Source of the DNA: Aplysia californica
Lineage: Eukaryota
DNA length: 63,838 nucleotides
NCBI RefSeq assembly: GCF_000002075.1
Contig: NW_004797281.1
Location: 365,845-429,682, forward strand
Reading direction: 5' to 3'
The notes beneath the pieces were generated by a model. It saw only the letters and a list, made by a program, of their open reading frames with translations, was not told the origin of the DNA and ran no database searches. Made by a program: the position numbers and the translations under genes. Shown one piece after another: positions 12,901 to 25,259 of this stretch (position 1 is its first letter; each line of letters starts with the position of its first letter).

Positions 12901-15900
12901 CATTCCCATCGTCACAAACCCAATGTCATTAGCAGTTTAAAAAAAAATATTATAGTTGAAATCATCCATGACAGCCACGAGAGAAGTGATTATCTTAGAC
13001 AGTTTTAGTAACAGTTTTACGGCACTAGCAACACAATAAGGTCATGTAAGTGCCGAAGATTAGAGGTGTAACAAGGGAGTAACAAACACAAAAAAGAATG
13101 AGGGGAGATAAAGAAGATAGATGTTAGATAGGAAAGAAGAAGCAAACCACACCAGAGCACCCGCCAACCACCCACAAACTTAGGTTAGCAGCCACAAATA
13201 GAAAACAATGATGAATATTCACATTATCATCTTAAAGAGTATATAAATCAATTGTAAGAAGCACTGCAACTTCACAACAACAATTTGAGTTTGAGTTAAG
13301 AGAAACACATCGACACATAATGGTCATATTATAGTGCAGGGAGGAAGCAAAACAGATAGACAGAAACAACAGAGGGAAAGAAAAGAATCAGGACCAACCA
13401 GTGACACCCTCCAACCACCTGCCTTCACAGTAACACATAAATTATGAGACACCGTGGTGAAATCTGAAAAATTTTTAGGTAGAGTATAACGGCACTTGCA
13501 ATACAATAGCATCATATTAGTGCTGAAGATTAGAGGTGTTCCAAGAGAGTAAAAAGCACAAAAGAGAAGGAGAGGTCAGGATGATAGATGTTCGCTAGGA
13601 AAGGAGCAAACCACACCAGAGCAGCCGCCAACCACCCGTGTGGTGAAATCAGGAGCTCGTCAAAATAATGAAATCGAAGATATCAGCATTTTCACACCGG
13701 TTGGGCAATTTTTATCAAATTTATGTTTTTGCGCCCAACACCTTTTATGTCTATTCAAAAACACATTTCCGGGTGTACTTTACAGAAAAACACTAGTTAA
13801 AGGCACAAAAAGTTAAATCTTTCAGTTTCCAAGGACTCTCAAGCTACAGAGGTCACCAAACTTTGGCGGCCATTTTCTTGCTAATTTTTCCTCTGAAACC
13901 AGGCAACCCCTACCTCCTTCAATAGTAAATATCTCAACTTGTACTCAAGATAGATGGCCTGTTTTTTTTCATCAAAAGATAGATGACTGAACAAGCTTTA
14001 AGATGATACCAATAACTCCACATGCCCAAAAATTGACAAGCATCTGATTCCACCAAGTCGTGACACAATGTACTTGTTTGACTGTGTGAAAGAAAAACTA
14101 GTGCAGAGTGTACCTGTGATCTAGGAAGCTGTACACCATTTTGAGGTAGTTCATCGGGGGCTGGTTGGCTCCGGAAGTCAAGGTGTGGAAGTAAACCAGG
14201 ACAAAGTCGGTCTCCACCACCGGGTCCATCACACGGATGAGATACAGGAGAACCTAAGAGAAGATAAAAGACATGTTTAGTTTTCGTAAGAGTTTTACGG
14301 CACTTGCAACACAAATAAGGTCATATAAGTGCCGAAGATTAGAAGTGTTACAAGAGAGTAACAAACACAAAAAAGGAGGGGAGATAGAGAAGATAGATTT
14401 TGTTATTAAGGAAAGAAGGAGCAAACCACACCAGAGCACCCCCCAACCACCCATGAAGATAAGAAAAGAAAATACAAGATAAGATTAGAGAATAAAAGAT
14501 AAGATATGGTAAGATACATAAGACATGGTAAGATTCAATATGATAAGATGAGATAAGATAAGAAAGGATGGAATTTCCTTTATAGTGAGCTTGACTATGA
14601 AAACCCCCCCAGATCACTGACATTAAGTTGTAGCCTCGTTTCCATTTCTATTCCTATTCAGGAGAATGTGTAGATAAGTGTGTAAAAAGAAGATAGAAAT
14701 GTTGTTGTTTTTGTTTAAGTAGAGGTTTTACGGCGCTCACAACTGCAAAAGGTCATATGAGCGCCAAGGGGAGGATGTCAACAGAGAAGTCCTTACAGGG
14801 AATCAGACTTACTCTGCTCACCTCTCTCGCTTCAACAGCACAAAGTCTGCTTTGACTATCAAGGTACCCCGGAAATAGCGGGTCACAAGAGTGTGACAAA
14901 CATACAAAAGAAGTAGAGGAAAATGAAAATAGTAAGGATTAGGAGAAAAAAAAGCAGCAGTTCCCTGTTGTAGTTCAGGCACAGTAATGAGCATGACATT
15001 GCTGGATCAGCCCATTTACAATTGTACCATGCATTAGAATGAGAAATGTTCCCCCTGTGGGAATGGCCTAAAGACACTTCAGTCAGTAGCACTGCCCCAG
15101 GGGGTGAAGATAGAATTTTAGAAACGAAACCATAATTCCAATCATTAATGACATGGAACACAAGCATTACCTTGTAGATATACAAAAAAGAAGACAGAAC
15201 TAACAACCCAAAAAAAAAATCTTAATTCCAATTAAGAATGACAGGGCACATGCAGCATAGTTATTTACCTTTTCTGGGTCAGCAGTCTGAGCAGGGTAAT
15301 TTTTACCGACAAACACAACAATAGGACGGCCAAAGTGATCCACTCCGGTACGGTACAAACAATGGTAGGCAGCCACATCTGTGAGATCTTCCGACTTAGC
15401 CCGCTGGAGTAACCTGTCGTACCTGCCAACAGTTTCGGAATCATCTTTCCATAAAACAATTTGCCTGAATAAAGTTTATTCTGCAGTTGTAACTGTACAT
15501 ATTTTTACATTGTCATCGACACACTTTAGATTACAAAGTGGTTTGCATAAACACACAATGGAGAAGGTTCTACAATTTTCACAATATTCAGACAGTAAAA
15601 CAATGATAAAAAGCTTTCATATATTCACTTTGTTTTCCAGATCTGACTTTCAAATGTTAAAGTGGGACCAGTAATTAACTTCAAAACAAATTGTTGTGGT
15701 CACACTGAAAATCCTTCAGAATTTCAACTAATGACAGTACCTGATGCAAAGTATAGCCAGTGTTACTCAGATTCGTAAAATTGCATTGAAAATGCAGACA
15801 CACAATAATACAAAACAATACTTTTTAGTTTTAGTAGAGTTTTTACAGCGCTCGCAACTGCATAAGGTCATATGAGCACCAAGGGGTGGATGTCAACAGA

Positions 15901-18900
15901 GAAGTCCATACAGGGAATCTGGCTTACTCTGCTCACCTCTCTAGCCTCAACAGCACAAAGTCTGCTTCGACTATCAAGGCACTCCGCAAATAGTGGGTCA
16001 CAAGAGTGTGACAAACATACAAAAGAAGTAGATGACAAATGACGATAGTAAGGATTAGGAAAGAAAAAGCAGCAGTCCCTGTTGCAGTTCAGGCACAGTT
16101 ATGAGCATGACATTGATGAATCAGCCCATTTACAATTCTACTGAGCATAAGAACATGTTAATGACCGCCTTTGGGAATGGCCTAAAGACACTCCAGTCAG
16201 TAGCATCGCTCCGCGGGGTGAAACAATACTTTTTAAAAAAACCCCAACTAAACTATTTGCTATCCCGAGATATTCTAGCGATGTGAAAAACAAGCTATAG
16301 ACAAATAATTAAATTTATAGTAAGCCATTTACACATTTGTCATTTTCAATATAGGCCCACCTTCGACGAACTTCCAGCTTTTTTGCCTCTGCAGTGTTCT
16401 GCTGTGCCATATGGCGGGATTTCACTTTGTCAGGGTCTTCCTCCATGTTGGCAAAGGGATGGTGGCCGACGTCCAAGGCCATGGACTGAGCAAACTCTTT
16501 GTTCAGGTCGATGGTCTGCTCAAATTCTTCATCTGTAGCCTCTGTGCAGATTGAAGAAACAGAATCCGAGTAAGTGTATGGGTTTCAAGCCCTGATCAAC
16601 AATATTAGGTTATTTAATGAGCGAGACCTTCGAATTCAATGTCCCTCTCCAACAGGACAAAGCAAAATGGGTTGAAAGTCTTGAAAAACTTGAGATGACC
16701 CGGGTTAAAAAAACGTCCAGTATGGGGTTCGAACCAGGACCATCTGCTCTGTAGTCCAGTGTGATACCAATTGAACGCCCAAAAATTCCAAATAAGTAAA
16801 CGACATATGTAGCAATGATGAGTTTTTGGCGTACAGTACAAATGATTATCTTGGACAGGAGGCCGTTAAAGATTGTACATACTAGAATAGCTTCCTCTTA
16901 AGCTTGAGAACTGCACATAATCTTTCCATACACAATGTCGGAGCATTGGAAGGTTACATGATACAGAAGCTATGCTCTGCTTCTTTCTTTTCCCTCGATC
17001 ACTCTTTTACTATACTTGTCTTTTTTTGTGTGTGCACAATCTACACTGTGCCGGTACTCTACGTCTCAAATGAAAGAATGCTTAAACTATTTTCACTTTT
17101 CTCCAATTTCATTTCTATTATTATTTTAAAAAAGTAAATTTATTAATGATAGATTTTCAGAGAATTCAAAGTTTCTTCACATTGTAAACAGGACAGACAG
17201 ACAGATACAGATACACATGAAAGCACATGCACACACGTACACACACATACTTAATGCAGCAAAGGTAGGCTTGTCCAAGATTCTAATCTGACGCTCTTTA
17301 ATCACAGGTTCACCGTCTTCGTTTCCAATATCACTGGGCAGATGGTCAAGAGCTTCGTCTTCTTCACTAGAATTCCTTGGGAAGTACAATGGAAGAATTT
17401 TTCTATACACTTCCTGAAAATGAAAAAAGTCAAGAGTGAGTATTTTAAAATACTTGCTCCAGTATAAAGATAATACAGGTAAAAAGAAGATAGTATACAT
17501 ACACAGATATGACTAGCTCTGAAATTACTTCAATCTTTTTATTTGAAATTGATTTATCAACATTTATTCAAGAAAAAAAAAATTGTCAAGGTTCAAACAT
17601 TTCATTTTTCAAAAGAAACTGACGTCTATAGAAGAATTCACTGTGACAAAAATTGTGGCGACAAAAGCTGTACAGAATGCCTTTGCACATAGATTCCCAT
17701 TCACTTGGGAAATAAAAAAAGCAAAAACCTTTGTGTACCGTAACTAATGCTGAACGAACAATTATATTGGAAGAATTCAGAACATTTTTTAAACGGGCTT
17801 GTTCAGTTTGATGAGTGACTGCGAAGCTCTGAAGTTATTTATAAATCTTTACTTACCAAATTTTCTTCTGTGCATGCAAAAACGATGAGATCAATAGCTT
17901 CGGGATGTTTTTCTAGGAAGCGTCTAACTGTACCTGAAAGGAATAAGAAGAAAAAGAGTACATAATAAGATTCAGAAGGACAAAATCCCCTCATGTTAAG
18001 AAATAGTGACATAATTCACCTTTGCGCTTGTGGCATACAGTATTCTTTTATTTTATGATTAAAGTCTAGTAAGCACATAGTAAAATTGGCAGAATGCAAA
18101 AATCTTTCCAAACGTACGAATTTCGCTAAGCACTCGTTTCAGATTAAAAAAACCCAACATATATAAGACCTGAAAATCTGTTTGCTATTTATATGCGTGT
18201 TACTGTTAGGTTAAGTTATATGCAAGCTAGACTATATATTTTTTTAAGTTGAAGTTTTTTTTAAAGTCCCCATCAACACACTTTGAATCAATTTAGCAGG
18301 CGGGCCTTGACCCTGCCAGTTAGGGCGAAAGCTGTGCTGAGAGGGAAATAACTTCCTAGCGGAAAGACAGAGATAATTGATACTAATTCTCCACACACAG
18401 GAATTAAACTAGGGTCTTCTGCATAGGGCTGTGAAGTACCTAACCGCTACATCACAGATGCCGGAACACAGCATTCATATAAAAACTTAATGCAATAGCT
18501 TGAACAAACTTTATCCAAATAAAAGCTAACTATTCTTAAAATATTCTGCAGTGTTCAACTCTAAGATTGTTTATTTCTCTGCATCTACCCATGCAGCAGA
18601 CTAGACTAGCACATACATAGCCAACAGGCACATAGAGAACAGATTTACTGGCCCTGTACTTTTTTTCTCATGCATGTATATTCTTTGTATTCAAAATATG
18701 AACATAGCGAAATTCGTTCATTACGGAAAGATATCTGTGTCCTGCTGATTTTGTTACACGTGTGCAACACTGTATGTTCAAGACAGCCATTAAAACAAAA
18801 AATCCAGTAACAATTTTGCAGACTTCAACTTTTTGTAACTCTAAATACCACTCCTCGACATCTGAAAATGTTTTGATTCCTGGAGGAAATACGACAACGC

Positions 18901-21900
18901 AGATCAAAGGCAGTGTACAGACTACAAAGATCACCAGACTTTGGAGACATTTTCTATTTTGCTCTCCTGACTGCTCAATCTAGTAGTTCAAAGGCAAGGA
19001 GGAGGGTATGGTAATCTATAGCTGCCAGCTTTACAAAACCGAAAAACGAAAGTAAGTTCAAATTAAAAAACAGAAACAATGAACTGTTACAAAAAAGTAG
19101 CACATTCTTACGTATTGCTATATGAGCTCCTTTCTCAGGGGGATAGTTTCTGCGGACTGTGTGGATTGCTCCAAGACCAAGGACTTTGATTTCTGTCTCT
19201 CTGAAAACACAAAAAAGGAAATATTACACAGAAACAGTTATAGGGTTGCTCTCTTACAAGGGGATTACTAAGTTGAACTTTGAGAAGGGAAAGGGGGGGG
19301 GGGGTGGGTAGGTGGTCTGGTGGTCAGATGGGGTCATTATAAAAAAGAAAAAAACACAAGGGGGGGGGGGGGGGGGAGAGAGTGAAGTGGTCATTTGTAT
19401 AGGTGATTGTTTTCAAAAAGTGGCTGTTAGAACAGGCGTGACCATAATTTATTTAGCTGGAAAAAAGATCCTTCTGTAAAGAACTTCAGGAATAATATTG
19501 AAGGTCATACAAAGTGCTCACAAAACCTTCGGCATAGCTGCCAAAAACTGACTCGATCCATGCAGCGGGTCAAGATGGTGGGTACTGGCTGAGTAAACCC
19601 CCCCCCCTCCTCCCCCAAAACCCTTAACACACACACTTTTCTGTATTCAATAGATTCAAGCTAGTCAAAGTAGACCTTCAGCTAAAGATCTCTCCAATTG
19701 ACTTATGAGCTACGTTCTTCTTCTTATTTGCATATCCTATCTCTTGTTGTTGTTGTTAGCGATCCAGTAGCATCTGAGCGTTAACTCTTCTGCATGATGC
19801 CATTCGGTAATAGTTGCATGTTTGTTCTAACTGTTGTCTTGAGGAGTAGAGGCAATTAGATGTGTGGGGTAGCTTGGGAAGAAAACATCCCCTTAAATCA
19901 GTTAGTTTTCTACAGAAAAACAGATGATGTTCCACTGTCTCTGAGGGGTAGTCACACAGTGGGCAGGCAGCAGACTGCTTTACTCCAATTCGGTTGAGAT
20001 GTTGGTTGAGGGGTACATGTTGTGTTCTAAGTTGGAAGATTATGGATTGATCTCCCCTCCTCAACTCATTGATTGGATCTTTGACCAGTGGTTTATTCAT
20101 GTGGCCATACATCCTCCTTCCTGTATCCTATCTCTTAACACTCCACCTACGCAGAACGAGCAACACTTATCCCCACAGACCAGGATACGGTAGCGGTACA
20201 AGCTATATCACACTGGCGCCGATCGGCGTCCCGTGGGGGCAAAGCGTTAAAAGTCAATACCTTTCCTTCAGCATAGGCAAGTTCATGAAGAACAGTACTA
20301 GAAAAGAGAGAAACCATATTTTACTAAAAGAAAACTGACTACAGTACTCAGATCTTCCAAAACATATTTAACACTTTTTTAACCTACAAGCTGACTGCTA
20401 TGCTACTGCCATTATGACAAAACCATTCCTGTTACTTACTTGCATATCTGTAGGATTGTCCTATAGCAGCTAAACAGAGCGCTCTCGGCGGCTGTAATAT
20501 ACTTAACGTTGTAGCGTGGACCCACTGAGTGGATGACATAACGTGCTGGTAGTTGATGGCCTTTGCTGAGTTTTGCTTCCCCAGTCTTGCACACTGAAAA
20601 GGTAAAATAAGGTAAGTTAAGATAAGATAAAATAAGATAAGGTAAGATGAGCTGAGATAACAGTTTATTGATCTCCGGAAAGAGAAATTTGTTGCAACAT
20701 GGTTATTACGTACATGCACACAAATATTCATCACCATACATATACATACACAAATGCAAACACACATAAATAGTCATCGGGTGAAATACAAAATAACAGA
20801 ATGGAAAAAAAAAAAGTATAAAACCTGGCAAGAGCTACCTTTTAGACCCATGTTCCATTTCAATAACCCGAGATCAAATCTATCTACATACTTGACTTAG
20901 ATATCCTGATATCTTTTCAAAAACCCTTTGATTTATGCATAGTTGCTTTGGTGGCCATGGGAACGAGAGCCGTTTTTAAAATAATCAAGACGGAAGATGT
21001 GCCACAGGCCTCTCTATTCGTTGACTAAATGTCTCCAAAATTGGTGAGAATGTGCCAGTGCTTATTGGATACTTTCGTACACTAGGATTTTGGGATATGT
21101 TTCAAAGTAATTAAAACTGTTATCTATGTGGGTAACAAAATCACTTGTAAATTAAGACTGTTGAAATTTTCTGATTTCATATAACGTGTGAAACTTTGCT
21201 TGCATGCAAACAAGGCTTCCTGAAAGTTTCATGCAAACAGGATAAAAAGTATAGGAGTAGTGGGTAAATAACTATCCAAAAAATGCTGTTTTGAGAAAAT
21301 AAAGCCATTAGTTGTAAAAATCTGACAAATGTTGTGCCATCTTCAAGTTTTCGAAGGTTGTAAACTTATATTTCACACCAGCTTTGTCATTTGACAATTC
21401 ATTACTAATATCTACAATCCCGTAGAACCTTTTTAATGTTAAAATGCCACTTAAGTACAAAGGAAAACATACATCCGCATTTGTTCTTTGCCAAGCAAAA
21501 CAAAACATGGTCACTAACCTCGTAAATCCTCTTGCACCTCTTTAAACAGCGCCTGTCCACCCTGTCTGTACAGCTCATCACTGAGTGAATTTCTATCATT
21601 CATGTGCTCATTGGTTGCATGGGTAATGGCATTAACATTCAGCTTTGTGATATTCCCAGACCTAAACAATAAAAAAAAATTCTCTATATAAACAAGTGCA
21701 AAATAACTCATTCAAAAAACAAAATATCGTTCTCTTCACTGCCGGAAGTTTTGAAGGGGAGGGGTTTACCTAATTTATATGGAAACCAAAATGTGGCCTA
21801 GAGGACTCGTGCTCTCCTCTCTTACCGAAGGTGATAGATTCAAATTCGGTCTAGACCTGCATGTCTAATTTTCTCTTCTTTTTCTGCATCTTCTGCTTTA

Positions 21901-22604
21901 ATTTTTTTGTTCTCACCTCCTTTTTCCTCATCTTCCTCCCCTTTCTTAAAAAAAGTCTCTCTTGCTTACTCAGAGAGGGATGGAGGTGGGGGGGAATGGA
22001 TAATGGAGGGTGGGGGGTGGCCTCCTGACTCCATGAAAGTTAGAATGTTATAAATGCATTAGAGAGGGCAGTGAAATTATTGCATTTAAATAACCATGTA
22101 CAGGCCTTATAGAACATATTATCATTGCGGTAGACAGTCAGCTACACTACGGTCAACTATACAGGACTTACAGTAGATCATATTTTCAAGGAAAAACATC
22201 AAGTGAACCTGAATGAAAAATTCACTGCGCCAACTTCTGATCCTTAGTTTGGTTTGTTAAAGAATGGGTCAGTTGATATCCAATGTGCAACAAGCATTAT
22301 ATAATTATCCCCCCACACTCCCCCAAATCATTTCAGATTTACACAAATCTGAAATAAGAACTATTTTTTGTTACAGAAGGAAAGTCTGACAGCTTCCACA
22401 ATTTTCCTTCTGAACTCACAAGAGACCACAAAATATAAACTCATACCAAAGAGCTATTTTTGCATTCAGGTCATTTCTCCAGGGGAAGGGGGATCCATCT
22501 TCTTCACCCACATTCTCTCTGGGTTGCTCCAGTAATTTTGTAAAGTTCCATCTTGTAATTGTGGACGGCTCAACAATTTCATCTCGAGTTCCCAGAGAGT
22601 CCAT
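9944..22604 (-). CDS. GDAP2: Ganglioside-induced differentiation-associated protein 2 homolog (macro domain + CRAL-TRIO/Sec14 domain), 12 coding exons, 501 aa
   Basis: join(22604-22447, 21661-21519, 20593-20440, 19200-19112, 17933-17857, 17413-17251, 16541-16361, 15422-15269, 14253-14114, 12819-12765, 11611-11468, 9991-9944) = 1506 nt. All introns are GT-AG with matching phases. Motifs CKTGEAKLSKGHQLPARYVIHSVGPRY..TAAESALFSCY, LPLYFPR, DIGNEDGEPVIKERQIRI, GVDHFGRPIVVFVG and YKKNLKQFYIVHPT are characteristic of GDAP2. Confidence 0.95.
10364..11190. mobile_element. pogo/Tigger-like (Tc1-mariner) non-autonomous element
   Basis: TA|CAGTCGAACCTG ... CAGGTTCGACTG|TA terminal inverted repeats; internal ACGGAAACCTGT sub-repeats. 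Confidence 0.9.
11191..11430. repeat. ~38-40 bp minisatellite (tttagcagtgagagagacaaacagaaa.gttttcta); further units at 10000-10100 and 10325-10363
   Basis: Visible tandem units in the last GDAP2 intron. Confidence 0.8.
11468..11611 (-). CDS. GDAP2: GDAP2 coding exon 11 (LATWFFTTFTASDIKPKV...EHDIQ)
   Basis: cag / GTCTGT. Confidence 0.92.
12765..12819 (-). CDS. GDAP2: GDAP2 coding exon 10 (YKKNLKQFYIVHPTWWSK)
   Basis: cag / GTAAGA. Confidence 0.92.
13639..13910. repeat. Interspersed repeat family GTGGTGAAATCAGG...; inverted copy at ~49870-50140
   Basis: Shared gtggtgaaatcagg(a/c)gctcgtcaaaataa(t/c)gaaatcg ... caggcaacc. Confidence 0.7.
14114..14253 (-). CDS. GDAP2: GDAP2 coding exon 9 (VLLYLIRVMDPVVETDFVLVYFHT...)
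   Basis: tag / GTACAC. Confidence 0.92.
14275..14453 (-). mobile_element. SINE family A (~175 bp); other copies at ~1560-1680, 3945-4040+4460-4540, 4860-4965, 13005-13175, 13475-13637, 34035-34190, 37560-37740, 42615-42795, 43220-43360, 44865-45045, 58945-59090 (minus) and 45192-45370, 48580-48715 (plus)
   Basis: Recurrent consensus agagttttacggcacttgcaacacaataaggtcatataagtgccgaagattagaggtgt...ggagcaaaccacaccagagcacccgccaaccaccc. Confidence 0.85.
15269..15422 (-). CDS. GDAP2: GDAP2 coding exon 8 (YDRLLQRAKSEDL...DPEK)
   Basis: start of CRAL-TRIO domain; cag / GTAAAT. Confidence 0.92.
15825..16222 (-). mobile_element. SINE family B (~400 bp); copies at ~14713-15110 and 31245-31590
   Basis: gcgctcgcaactgcataaggtcatatgagc..aagggg..gatgtcaacagagaagtcc...caacagcacaaagtctgct shared by three loci. 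Confidence 0.85.
16361..16541 (-). CDS. GDAP2: GDAP2 coding exon 7 (linker, ATDEEFEQ...HPFANMEEDPDK...)
   Basis: cag / GTGGGC, open frame and phase-consistent. Confidence 0.88.
17251..17413 (-). CDS. GDAP2: GDAP2 coding exon 6 (EVYRKILPLYFPR...PTFAAL)
   Basis: cag / GTATGT. Confidence 0.92.
17857..17933 (-). CDS. GDAP2: GDAP2 coding exon 5 (RTVRRFLEKHP...EENL)
   Basis: cag / GTAAGT. Confidence 0.9.
19112..19200 (-). CDS. GDAP2: GDAP2 coding exon 4 (ETEIKVLGLG...YPPEKGAHIAI)
   Basis: cag / GTAAGA, phase-consistent. Confidence 0.9.
19746..20123 (-). mobile_element. 5'-truncated non-LTR retrotransposon (I/Nimb/Ingi-like ORF2 C-terminus, CCHC knuckle) with (CAA)n tail
   Basis: ORF ...LRTQHVPLNQHLNRIG..CPLC...ETVEHHLFFC; 13-bp TSD tatcctatctctt at 19733-45 and 20124-36. 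Confidence 0.9.
20440..20593 (-). CDS. GDAP2: GDAP2 coding exon 3 (VCKTGEAK...ILQIC)
   Basis: macro core VIHSVGP; cag / GTAAGT. Confidence 0.93.
20600..21130 (-). mobile_element. Decayed LINE 3' end with AATAAA and (TCTTA)n tail
   Basis: FKTALVPMATK-like C-terminal remnant; tail abuts the acceptor of GDAP2 exon 3; related tails near 8090-8145 and 29780-29840. Confidence 0.4.
21519..21661 (-). CDS. GDAP2: GDAP2 coding exon 2 (WSGNITKLNVNAITHATNE...EDLR)
   Basis: N-terminal part of macro domain; tag acceptor, GTTAGT donor. Confidence 0.9.
22447..22604 (-). CDS. GDAP2: GDAP2 coding exon 1 (MDSLGTRDEIVEP...LNAKIAL)
   Basis: cag acceptor at 22610-12, CCAAAATG start context, donor GTATGA. Confidence 0.9.
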
Positions 22605-23341
22605 TTTGGCTGAAAGAAAGAGGGAAGGGCATTAATGCAGCTCAGACATTTTTACTCCAAATCCATGTGCCACAATTTGGGGGGGGGGGGGGGGGGGGGT
22701 GTTGCATGATTGCAATCTACACATAAGATTATAGCACAGGGTACAGTGCTGCCTCTCTATTACACAATCAAAATGGTCCCCAAAATTTTTACAATAATTC
22801 GTAAAGAATTGTATGGGAGAGGGAGTCGATTCAATATTTTTGTATACTGTTATACTTTACATTTTTTGGAACATTGTTCTCTGGAAAAGAAATGAGATGA
22901 ACACTATAGCATCCCATGCTAAAATTAGGGCAAACTATGAGTTTGCATTCAGCCTTTCTCATCTGGCACATCCAATTTTGTTTTACCCATGCACACTGTG
23001 TTCAGCATCCGATAATTTGTAGAATTAAATACTCAAGGCAACAAGTCTTCATGTCTCTCAGTGCTAACAAAAATGTTTCACACATCCTGCAAACAATTTC
23101 AGTTAGGAATAGAGAAGGGAATGTTTTTATTTTTAACAACTCCCCTCCTCCCAAACAAAAACAAATAAAAATTTAATGGGCATTTAGCAGCAGTCTAAAG
23201 CCTACAGCCGTCTCTTGTTGCGACCTCTGACTGAGAAGAAGGGAATGGTTTGTATCCTTTATTTGCATCAGTCCTGCCTTGGTCTGCCTGTGGCCTTAGC
23301 TTTAAAGTGCACACACAAGACGTCCACCTGAATTCACTAGG

Positions 23342-23510
23342 TTAACACTTTGCCCCCCCCCCCCCCCCCCCCGGGATGCCGATCGGTGACGGTAAGAAGC
23401 CGTCCCTTTTCCCCACAGGACGCCGATCGGTGCCGGTGTCATATAGTGTGTACCGCACCTGTATCCTGGTCTGTGGGGATAAGGTTGCGCATGTGGGTGG
23501 AAAGTGTTAA
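23342..23510. mobile_element. Small TTAA-flanked MITE; second, inverted copy at 20135-20250
   Basis: ttaacacttt ... aaagtgttaa ends; shared core ccccacagaccaggatac / gccgatcggcgtc. Confidence 0.7.
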
Positions 23511-23857
23511 ACAGCCACTTTTTTCTCCTCCCCAATACAATCATGGCCATGGGTGGCTGGCAAAAACAATATTAACAATGAGTCACAATGGTAATAGACT
23601 AATACAAAAAAAGGTAGGGAATTGAGCGAAACACAATTTTAACAACTTTTTACAATAAAAGTTAGGTACTCTAATTGAGCTCTCAATCTCATGGATCATG
23701 AGTGGAGTCATAGAGACTAAACATTACTGCTCATGGATGATGGAGACGACTTGGATACTTTCAGTACAGTAGAATATAATATGACTATAGCGCCACCTGC
23801 TGCAGTAGGACCTTACTAAACAGAAATTCCCTTTTTTTGTTGTCTATGAAACTCAAT

Positions 23858-24406
23858 ACATGAAGCTACAGCGAGCACCTAGTCCTAGCACACCTCTGTG
23901 ATTGGCCCAAATATAATGATATAGAAATATGACGTATTTCCGCCATCTATTTTTGTCATCTTCCGGGGCTTCCCCCAAGACTCTTGGGTTTTCAAGACTC
24001 TTGGGTTTTCCTCGCCAGTAACTGTTGACTACATCTCGTCGTGTATGTTGGATTTTTTTGTTGAATAATTTATGTTATCTTTTACAATCTCAGCAATTCT
24101 CGTTCCATAAATTTAAATTTACCTTCTCGTCAAAGTTGTACACACACACACACAAGCGTGTGGGCACACATACACACACACACGCGTGCACGCACACACA
24201 CACACACACAAATGGTCGTGCACATACAGCTCAAGCAGTCGGCAATGAAACGTAGCGACGTAGCCCATCACAAGTTAAGTGGCTAAAGGGGGCCGGCCAA
24301 CTGGCGAGAGAATCCACAGAAGACGATAAAAATAGATGGCGGAAATACATCATCTATATTTGGGCCAATCACAGAGGTGTGCTAGGTGCTCGCTGCAGCT
24401 TCATGT
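23858..24406. mobile_element. MULE/Mutator-like MITE with ~100-bp TIRs
   Basis: TIRs 23858-23963 and 24319-24406; 9-bp TSD aaactcaat at 23849-57 and 24407-15. Confidence 0.85.
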
Positions 24407-25259
24407 AAACTCAATAAACTGTGCTCGGGTATAACAGGGCAAGGAAAGGCCCGAACTTGGATACAGCGAGAGAGATCAAGTGAGCTCTAGCTGGGGGAAG
24501 GGGGGGTTAGTGCTGTAGGCGGGATCAAAACCGCCAGTCAGCGGCCTTGACAGTCCAATGATGAGTAAGTTGAGAAAGGAACGCCTTATATGTGGGGGTG
24601 GGGGGCTGTAGGTGGGCTCCAAACAGACAGTCAGCGGTGCAGCATAGTGATTGACCAGTCCAGTGATGAAAGTGAGGTGCGGCAGGCGGCAGACAGAGAT
24701 GGTGCGGAGCTGGAGAGATGCATTACGTGAGCCACTCCAAAAGTGGCTAGGCCAAAAAGACAGTAAAAGAAGAGGAGAGCGTGTTGTGTGTGCTTTTCCT
24801 GTAATTCCCCTTTACATTCCAGCCTATAGATCTAGCTGGAACTTGCCTCCTACAGCAGGATTTTTCTTCTGCAACTTAAAAGTTAAAGTCCCGCTATCAT
24901 AGCCAGCCACGTTCTACAGTAGTTACTGACACTGTACTGACTAATCTATCATTCTGATGCAACGGAAAGACTTCCAAAACGAGCGCCCACCCCAAACACT
25001 ACCCCTAGCCCTCTAGTTCTACTGTCTCATAGATCTGATCTAGACTCTAGTGGTCGCTCGTTACGGGGGAAGTCCTGATAGTCTACAACTTCAGTTTCGT
25101 TAAATTTTTCGGAGCCCTAAAAATTGGATTTGAACCTGTCTATCACTATGCGTCAATTCTGATCAGTTACACATAATGAGAGGATACATAAAGGGGGTGA
25201 AGTGACTTGGACAGGAAACACAACAGCATCATGACATGAATTTTACCAACAAACCTTAC

